A stretch of 62,448 nucleotides of DNA, counting the filler, from Platydemus manokwari (taxonomy: Eukaryota): the NCBI GenBank assembly GCA_037951405.1. It is 5 parts of 5 records of this genome, joined end to end, with 100 filler letters (N's around TTAATTAATTAA, not from the genome) between each part and the next. Parts side by side here need not be neighbours in the genome. Positions count along the whole stretch, not along the records: positions 53,436 to 62,448 come from JBBMOY011314205.1; 4 more parts are not named here. One strand, 5' to 3'. The position numbers were made by a program, and so were the translations under genes. Positions 54,133 to 62,448 of the stretch are shown here, in pieces (positions within the stretch are counted from its first letter, which is position 1; every line of letters starts with the position of its first letter). The notes under the pieces are model-generated. The model made no database searches and was not told the DNA's origin. It saw nothing but the letters and a program-made list of their open reading frames with translations.

Positions 54133-54800
54133 ATGGTAGATATCCGTAGCCAGAGCTGCCACAACTCAACATATTGTTGTCTTTATCCCTGGAATCGACG
54201 AACCGATCTTTCTCGAAGCAAGTACATCTCTCGAAATCCTAATGTGCGACAAAAGATTCCTTTTATGCTAGACATCGCCAAGACACCCACCAAGATAGTC
54301 ATGGAATATGGCAGAAATGAGGAAGAAGAAAGACCTCAACTATTAGAAATAATCTTCAAAACTGCTGTACCATACGGAATTGAGCATTATCTATCTTTCG
54401 TCAGACGTTAACGGGCAGATCACTCTGCTCAAATGACATTCATAGCAGCTCAATTCAAAGGGGTTGTCACTCATTCCGGAGCCAAGGAATCTCAAAAAAC
54501 AATGCAACCGATCATTGTTCAAGATTACTTTGTGGAGCCAATTCTCTGCTCCAAAGTTACTTCACGACATTTCGTACGATACTATCACAATGAAGGAGAA
54601 GACCAAGTCATGGAAGAAAACTTAGTTGGGCAGTTGGGTGAACAATAATTTCGAAATGAAATCCGACGCATATTCAACTTAAACGTTGTCATAGGACACC
54701 CAGTCTACCATATCGTCAAAGCTTTCGGCATTCCCCAAGAGATAATACTTGGCATAAAAGACCAACGCAAATGCTTGAATACACCTGCCGTAGTTCCGTG
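54133..54800 (+). pseudogene. Intronless GC-richer disrupted ORF of unknown family
   Basis: ORFs 54133-54411 and 54433-54648 are in the same frame, and the frame continues past 54648, interrupted only by two TAA codons. A probable frameshift lies near 54260. Confidence 0.55.
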
Positions 54801-56299
54801 ATAAAATCTAATTGTAACTTGATTCCAAAGATTTTTTACGAGAAAATTTTAATGAATTTAAAAATAGTTTTTTTAATTATTTTCTTAAAGATTAATAAAT
54901 CATTTTCTCAAAACAACGTATATAAGAAATGCAAAATGTATCTAATTTAATTACCATTTTCAGGAGAATTGTAGAAACACTTATTGATTAGATAACTATT
55001 CAATTGAAAAAATTATATTTATTTATAGATTTTAATAATAAACCTTATTGATCCAAATTTTTTTGTGTTGCATAAACTATAAATATTTCTTATTTTGATC
55101 ATTAAACTAATAAATCATCAATAAATTATTCTTTCTATCAATTGTGCTCCATCAATGAATCAATATTTTACATTTAATTATTCAATAAATAATCAATAAA
55201 ATTTTATTGAAAATATTTGATGAATGCCTTCTGGAAAACTTTCAATTTTATTAAGTAAAATATTGATTCAAATCAAGAATTGCAAGCTATTTACATTGGC
55301 ATCGATTATATTGTTATTTTCATCGATATTATTAATACGGCGCAAGTAATTCCGAATAAAATTCTTGATAATTTCGAATAAATGTTGATATAAATAGAAA
55401 TGAATGGACATTTGAAAATTGCTGAGAAGAAAAGAGTGATAAATTGTTTTATAATATTGATTATTTATAGTATCACGATGATGTAATGGACTTGAAGTGA
55501 TTTCCTGATTAATTATTTTATAAGATGAGAACACATCGAATATTTCCGCATAAGTTTTTTTGGATAAAATAATTGCATAAATTGTCGAAAATTTTATGGA
55601 AATTGATCTTGAAATTTTTTTGAAATTTTAGTTATTCACAATATTTGATTTTTTTCTAAAATATAAATCAATATTTAGTAAACAAAAGTTAAAATATTTT
55701 CAAGGAATCTTGTTTCGTAATTGCAACAATGAAATACCAATCTTTCGTTGCAATACGATTGACGAAAAGCAAAAGAAAAACAATCAATAGATCATTTTAA
55801 TGAAACTTTATTTATAAAGTTTTTTCAACACGAATCTAAGAAGATTCTGACCAGATATAAATTAATTATAAATGAGAATAACTTATATCACAATTATTCA
55901 ATATTAAATTGCCAGAAAGTTCAAATATAAATTTTTCGGTATTTCGATAGAAACCTCGTAAGATTATTCTTATCTACAAGATTCACTTTATCATCTGAGT
56001 TATGTTCAATGTTTTTCAATATTTTATCTAGTCCACTTTCTCTCTTTTTGGTACATAAATTATACAACCTAACTGAATTCTAAATGCTGTCCTCAGTTAT
56101 TTCATTTATCACTTCTGCTCAACTTGAATTCATTCCAGTATAAATTCTTTAGTGTCATTCTCAATTTGCTTCAACTTTATTAATAAAGATCCGTTATTTG
56201 CTTTAAGCAACGAATCGGATATTATTCAATCAGTCTTAACTATAAATAACTTATCTACTTTTGTTCTATTTCTGTCAACAGCTATAGCTTTTACAAAGT

Positions 56300-56710
56300 A
56301 ATCACTATCTCCTAACAGCTCATCATTCGCTAATATCACTTGTTTTTTATTCTGAATCTCCGCTTCTACTTCCGTCGCATTCTGACCTCAAAACCCGACT
56401 TAGGACAATAAGAGGAATCTATTGGAGTTTTAAAAACAAAAGCTATCTCAATCTCTTTTACCTTGAAGCAATTCTTACTTGGTACGTCCGAAATTCTAAC
56501 CTTCATCGTATAACGATTTCCAATGAAACATTCTAGGAATTGTCTTGGAACTACATAAAATGTTGAAATAATTCTTCTGCGCCAATTACAACTTTTAAAT
56601 AAATCTATTTTGAAGTTTATATTATTGATCCATTTGCATATGTAATTCTGTTAGGAGATTTCCTTTCTTTAAAATCTTTTATTTTGTTAATTGTCTCTCT
56701 ATTGACAACT
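56300..56710 (-). mobile_element. Ty3/Gypsy aspartic protease region remnant
   Basis: Minus strand reads ITYANGS...LKVVIG...(fs)TFYVVP...CFIG, the C-terminal half pattern of a retropepsin; contains stops and frameshifts. Confidence 0.5.
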
Positions 56711-57149
56711 TATCATATTACATCACACGATAAATCTAATTTTTCAATCTTTTAATATCTTCTTTTACATCTCCATTTTATCTACTTATATATCTCCATT
56801 ATATCTTCTTTTATATCTTAATTCATATTCTCTTTTAATATCTTTTACGAATTTACGTTTTCTTTGAACCTTCTTTATATGTTCTCAATATAGTATCGAT
56901 ATCGTCCTTCTTTTCTATAACTTTCTGTCGTTGATCTTTTCAGAATCAAACCAATTGCGTGACCGTCATGTTAGCCGCTACTATTTTAAAAACAGCATAT
57001 TAAAAACGAATTGAAACACCACAAATCTATTTCAAATACAAATATGATCTCATTTTAAATCAGAATTAAATTAGAATTAAAATTTCAATTCATATAAAAT
57101 TCAATTAACAATGTCCTTCTTGTTTACATTTGAAAAAAGTATGTCGTCC

Positions 57150-57540
57150 ATTCATTTTTCTAGTAATCGAAGAGTTCCGGCGCTTTTCTAATTTGGCTAT
57201 GTATTGTTTGAGTCTTAAATTCTAAGCTTTTAATCTTTGTTGTCTGATTTGATGTTTCAGATCCCACAGTATATTCAAATCTAACACCAGTTTCTTCCTT
57301 GATAATTCTGACGGCTTCATCTATATTTCTAGAGTTTAAATACTTTAGTCAAAATTTGTAGCTTACATTAGGAATTCCTTTAATAAATATTTTCTTAGAT
57401 ACCTTTTCCTTATTCTCAGTATTAATTACATCAAAGGAGATGTTTATTCTTTCTGAAAATTCATTGATTGACTCTGACGGCCGTTGATAAAGTCTCTTAC
57501 CATCATATATGACATCTTCTTGTATATATTGACAAGAATT
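57150..57540 (-). mobile_element. Ty3/Gypsy gag remnant
   Basis: LYQRPSESINEFSERI...IFIKGIP...NIDEAVRI matches the gag major-homology-region pattern QxxxESxxEFxxR...FIxG...LDEA. Confidence 0.65.
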
Positions 57541-58100
57541 TTCCTAATCTAAGATAACCCTCCTGTGTAACCTAAATCAGATTTTATTTTCTAACTTACT
57601 CTAGGATCTACATAATTTAATAAGATTTTGCTTCTTAAATTTACCGGAATTTGCATTGCTTTGCATATTCGTGAACTGGAGAAAGGCATATATATAAATT
57701 GAATCGGCATTGATAAATTTCTAAATAACTGTTGATTGGACTAAGCAAATAATCGATAAAATAATAGAAACACTTTGTGAATGAAATATTATTATTATTT
57801 ATTATTTTCAATTTAAAATTCAATATCTTGTTATATCATGAAATATTTGCATACCTGTCCAGGTATGGAAACTATCGTTCTGAACTTCATAATTCAGCAG
57901 CATAAATATTCAAAACTCGGAAAAAATCTACTAAATAATCCATCTTTTAAACAAAAAATCTAAGTTGAAAATGAATATAAATCAAGATTATCAAAGAAAT
58001 AATTAAACACTTTAGCGACGAAATATGTAAGTCAATCTGTTTAATCTAAAAATATTTTTTTTAATTTTATACATCTACTATCAGTATAAATGTAAGCATT

Positions 58101-58268
58101 TTAGCTTTACCAATACAGAGCTGTTCTATATCGAAGACACGGTTTGCTTTAGCAATTAATCCAGTAATTGAAGCCATCGAAATTTTATTAGTTCCTAGTT
58201 TCTCAATAGGAATTAGCTCTATTAATATTCTAGTCTATGAGGATGATATTGCTTTGATTGGTAATTAG
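58101..58268 (+). mobile_element. Non-LTR retrotransposon RT fragment
   Basis: PIQSCSISKTRFALAINPVIEAI...INILVYEDDIALIG corresponds to decayed QGCPxS and YADD RT motifs. Confidence 0.7.
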
Positions 58269-58559
58269 ATTTATCACACGAAAACACTGATTATGTAGTA
58301 TATATTAATAATATGAATATTAAAAGATTGTAGACTAAAGAATTTTACATGATTCTAGATATCCCCACGCAAAGTTGTAACGGTTGTACCTCTACTGCAC
58401 CGATGACTTCATGAATCAAAACTTTCAGACCCAAGCATGTCACACACAATCTAATAAAGCAAACGTATTTGTATTTAAATAAATCTTGTTAGACATATCT
58501 TTCGAGACATTGAATATTTAAATACCATATAATATTTCAGTGGAATATCAAAGAATGAA

Positions 58560-58900
58560 TATCAATTGATCTCAAGAATTTTGGTATAACTTTAACAGCA
58601 AAACATTATGGAATTACACAATCTTATATTTAAGACAAAATGCAAATATTTTATCTGGTAAAATAAAATCTGTCAGAACTAATTACATTAAAGTAAGGAG
58701 TCCAAATCATTATGTTTCCTTGCCATGTTTCACATGGAAATCCAGATTAAAAGTAACAAATATATATTTGGAATTATTTATAGACCAAACGGTGTTTAAA
58801 AAATATGAATTAGAGAAGGAATTTTATCGGTGATTGGGAAATGATGTGATAAAGCTGATAAATAATAAACTAGTGATAACATGGAACTTCATTATTATCT
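58560..58900 (+). mobile_element. LINE apurinic endonuclease remnant (CR1/L2-like)
   Basis: Segments YGITQS, EIQIKSNKYIFGIIYRPN and NNKLVITWNF resemble the APE motifs GITE, IGxIYRPP and IxGDFN. Confidence 0.5.
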
Positions 58901-61900
58901 TTAAAAATGAATTTAATAATGTTGTGATAGAATATGAAAAACATTTTTCACTAAGTTGGATGTCAGCGTTGCTAGATAGCTTCCGTCTTTTAGCTTCGTT
59001 GAAATCCTGAAAATAGATTAATATTTTGAAAAAAATTAGTTGTTATATATTGATACTAATAATTTATATGGTATGGCAATATGGTTATCTTTAGAAAGAA
59101 CATCGGTTCAATAAGATATTTTGAAAGGACCGAAACTTTAATATTTCATAAATTGAAGTCAAAACTTATTAAACAAAATTAATCGAGAAATCGATAAAAA
59201 TCAAATTTTATACCCAATGTCGGTGCAACTGTGATAAATTAAAACAATTTAAAACCAAAAGATATCACTTTAATTGAACGACATTTACAAGTAATCATCA
59301 GATAATAATAATTTTGAAATAATTTCAGAAAAATATTTAATATATGAAATATATTTCAATTTCTCGTGACGAGACTATTTAATTTAAACATTGAAAAATA
59401 TGTCTTAGATTGGGTGAAATATGTTCGTATAATTTGAGCTTAATGTTTTTAATATTGAACACTTTATCGAAGCATTTTTAATTATTTCGAAATTACTAAT
59501 ATCTAACTAATAAGTAAATAACATAATATATTTATAAATACATGTACATGACATTCAATTGCATTGAAATTAATTTGTTTTTCGAACAATATCTTGTTAA
59601 TCTTAATTTTTACAACATAACTCTTCAGGGACCATAAATAAAGAACTGTCCTTCTATTTCTCTATAATTTCAGTCAGAGACGATTCTTATGGAATCAAAA
59701 TTATACCTTTTGTTTTTGATCATATTATTTATTTAATCATTCTTTTTTTTATTTGTTTTTCTTTTAAAAAACTTTGAAAATGCTAATGAAATCAGGAACC
59801 AATCAGATTTTACTTAAAATTGTGTTTTATTTAGATTTATTTTTGTGTTTTATTTTATTAATAATTAACGCTCAAGAATTTTCTGAGAAATGAATTATCA
59901 AAACTGAAACTTTTATTTATCATATATCAAACTTCACCGATGAAAATCTATGCAGAAACTAATATATTTTAAATACTAAAATTTATTTCGGGTTAAATAA
60001 ATTTTTATTCGTTTAACTTCAATGCAAGGATTTTTATATATCATGTATAAAATTAATTTAACATAGATATATAAAACAACAGTTATCATCACCCAATGTT
60101 TTCATTTCATTAATTCATTTCCTTTATTTCAAAATTTAATGAAGTTCAGGTGATTGCAAACCGATGTAAAACAAATTGAAGGAAATGACAATTATTCTAA
60201 TTATGGTTGATAAAAATTTCATTTATTTTCTAAGTTTAGTAAAATAAAAATTGTTTTAAAATTTTGAAATTATTATTTTATTTTAAGGATCAAAATTAAG
60301 ATATGAAATTCAATTTTATCATGAAAATTATTATTATATGCTCAATGAAAAAAAGTTAAAAAATTTTAATTTAATTATAATAAAAATTAAATAAGAAAGT
60401 GAAAATTATTTAAAAATAAAATGATAATGTTAAATAAAATTACAAAAGGTAAAATTTCGAGCGTCAAAGTAGAAAACTATAAAATAATTACAAAAATGTA
60501 CTAAATCCGATAGATTTTTAGAAAATATAAAAATAAATGATTTTCAGTATATTAATTAATTTATGCAAAAATTATATTTGTATATCTTTTAACTTCAATG
60601 AATTTGTTTGGTTTGCAGATATTTAGTCTCATATTTAAAAATTTATGATTCAATTACAATAAATATTTAAATTAAACTTTTTATGTTATTACAATAACAT
60701 GGGTTAAAAAGTTTCTATTAGCTTTGAATTAGCTTTGATCGCTAATTTAAAACTATAAGTAACAAAATTGGTATGTTATATCATGTTGTTGGTCTGGAGT
60801 GTCAGTTGATTATTTTTATAATTAATTTTTTTAAAATTCCTTTTCTTTTCTTTGTAACATTAACTTTGATTAATTTTCAGCTTGATATTAATTTTATTCA
60901 TAAAGCTGATGTTACTTGAAAAGGCCTGTGAAATCAGCAGGTAATCAATAAATAATCACCATATATGCAGCATTAAAATTAAAACAAAAGAAAATCTAAA
61001 AGTCAATATTTAAATCTCAGTGATGACACTCTTTTATTTTTCATATCATTTTGAAAAATTTAAAGTTAAAGATTAAATTTTTATGCAAATATATTAATAA
61101 TAAGAACTATGTTTATTATGTTTAAAAATATTTAAAAAATATTTTCACAAATTGTGTTTATATTTTAATAAATGGGAGTCATATGAAACATCACAAAATA
61201 ACCCAAATGAAAAATATTTACAATTTTTAGTTGCAATTGTTGAGGCACATCAAGATGCATTTATAAACGCAAATCTAAATAATAATCGAATATTGTTCTA
61301 GTAATGATTTCATGTGGTATCATAAGATTTTATTTATTAATTATATTAATTTTAGTAACATAGGTTTACAAAGACAAACTGTCGAAAAAATACTGAATAT
61401 GCTATTGGATTGAGTGCTGTCAGAATTGCAATAGTAAAGTAATAGTAAGAAAAGTTGCTGTTCTACATTATTGATTTGGGATCCACGTTTAATCTTTCTA
61501 CGTTTAGGTTAACATTGATGTTTGTGTAATTTTACCTATATCATAATAAATTTTTTAATAGTTTAAGCAATATCTTATTGAGCCTTGGTAAAGAAATTAA
61601 AAATTAATAAATTCAAGTGTAACTTCGATTTTCAGCAGGACGAAATAACCAAACAATTTGGGGTCATAACTCTGATTTATTTTGATAACAAATCGATAAT
61701 TTTTTACGGGCAAAAACAATTGTTTTACTGATTTTCATTTTCAATAAAATTTAAATTATTATTTGGTCATTGTAAGCCTCTACAGAAAAGATACGACATA
61801 AAATCTTATTTAAAAAATTAATATCATTTGATAAAATTTATAAAAAATTTTAAATTTAAGCTTTTGAATCCTTGCATCAATTTCGTATTAAATTAAAAAA

Positions 61901-62448
61901 CATTGTATTTATATTTTAGAGGTCAATTTTGTAATATTAACAATACCGTCAGATTAAGCAAATGTATGATAAATAATGCTTAAATATAATGGGTCAGATT
62001 GACCTAAATTCAAAACAAAATTTAAGGTAAAGCATATTTTCTGGAAAAATAAAGTCGCGTAGAATACAAAACAAATCAACCAGTATTTATTTAATATTTG
62101 TTGTCATAAATATTTAGATATACTATTCTAAGCGTGGAACAATAAGTACTTAGGGGAAAATTTATTATAAATTTTGTTTAATTAAAATAAATAATCCTTG
62201 GAAATGAAAATAATGCCACATTTGAATTTTGAAAATAGAAATAAAAATAATGAAAATGTATATAAATATTAATATATTAATTTTTAAAATAATATGTTTG
62301 ATTAATTTGAACTCCATTGATAAGGATACTAACACTGGTTCCATTAATTTCAAGAAAATAAATCGGTTAATTTACGTAACCCTATTAAAACAAAGTAAAA
62401 ATATTCAAATCATTGCTTATTTATGTTTCATAAACCCGCAAAATATAA

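Noticed and set aside
54409-54648. TAA-to-Gln genetic code reassignment
   Set aside because: RPL27A, NHP2 and the other intact genes end in TAA and have no internal TAA, so these are pseudogene mutations.
59600-62000. Several acceptor/donor-bounded short open segments
   Set aside because: Could not be joined into a consistent frame or recognisable protein; may be a decayed or divergent gene but is unsupported.

Overview
Very AT-rich eukaryotic (animal-like) scaffold made of five contigs joined by four artificial 100-nt N44-TTAATTAATTAA-N44 linkers. Host genes form small compact islands with 42-75 nt GT-AG introns in a background of decayed transposable elements. The combination resembles a flatworm or similar invertebrate genome, but the taxon cannot be established from sequence alone. 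Host genes I can support: an NHP2-like L7Ae-family gene (23103-23561 +); 99 nt downstream, a gene encoding an Arg/Ser/Cys-rich protamine-like domain fused to a C-terminal HMG box (23661-24218 +); an intronless LRR-like type I membrane protein (29927-30850 +); a complete three-exon RPL27A (31155-31721 -); and the last four exons of a kynurenine aminotransferase (KYAT-like, 39279-39849 +). Mobile DNA includes two mariner families, a hAT/Buster 3' end, a Merlin/ISXO2 transposase split by two 48-nt spliceosomal introns, and fragments of RTE, RLE-type and APE-type LINEs, Penelope-like elements and Ty3/Gypsy elements. The most interesting signals are the protamine-like/HMG-box gene and its operon-like coupling to a divergent NHP2, the intron-bearing Merlin transposase, a snap-back hairpin made from a mariner 5' end, decayed hammerhead-like motifs, a 52-bp perfect palindrome and an unidentified GC-richer pseudogene. 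All family assignments come from recognising motifs by eye; no searches were run.
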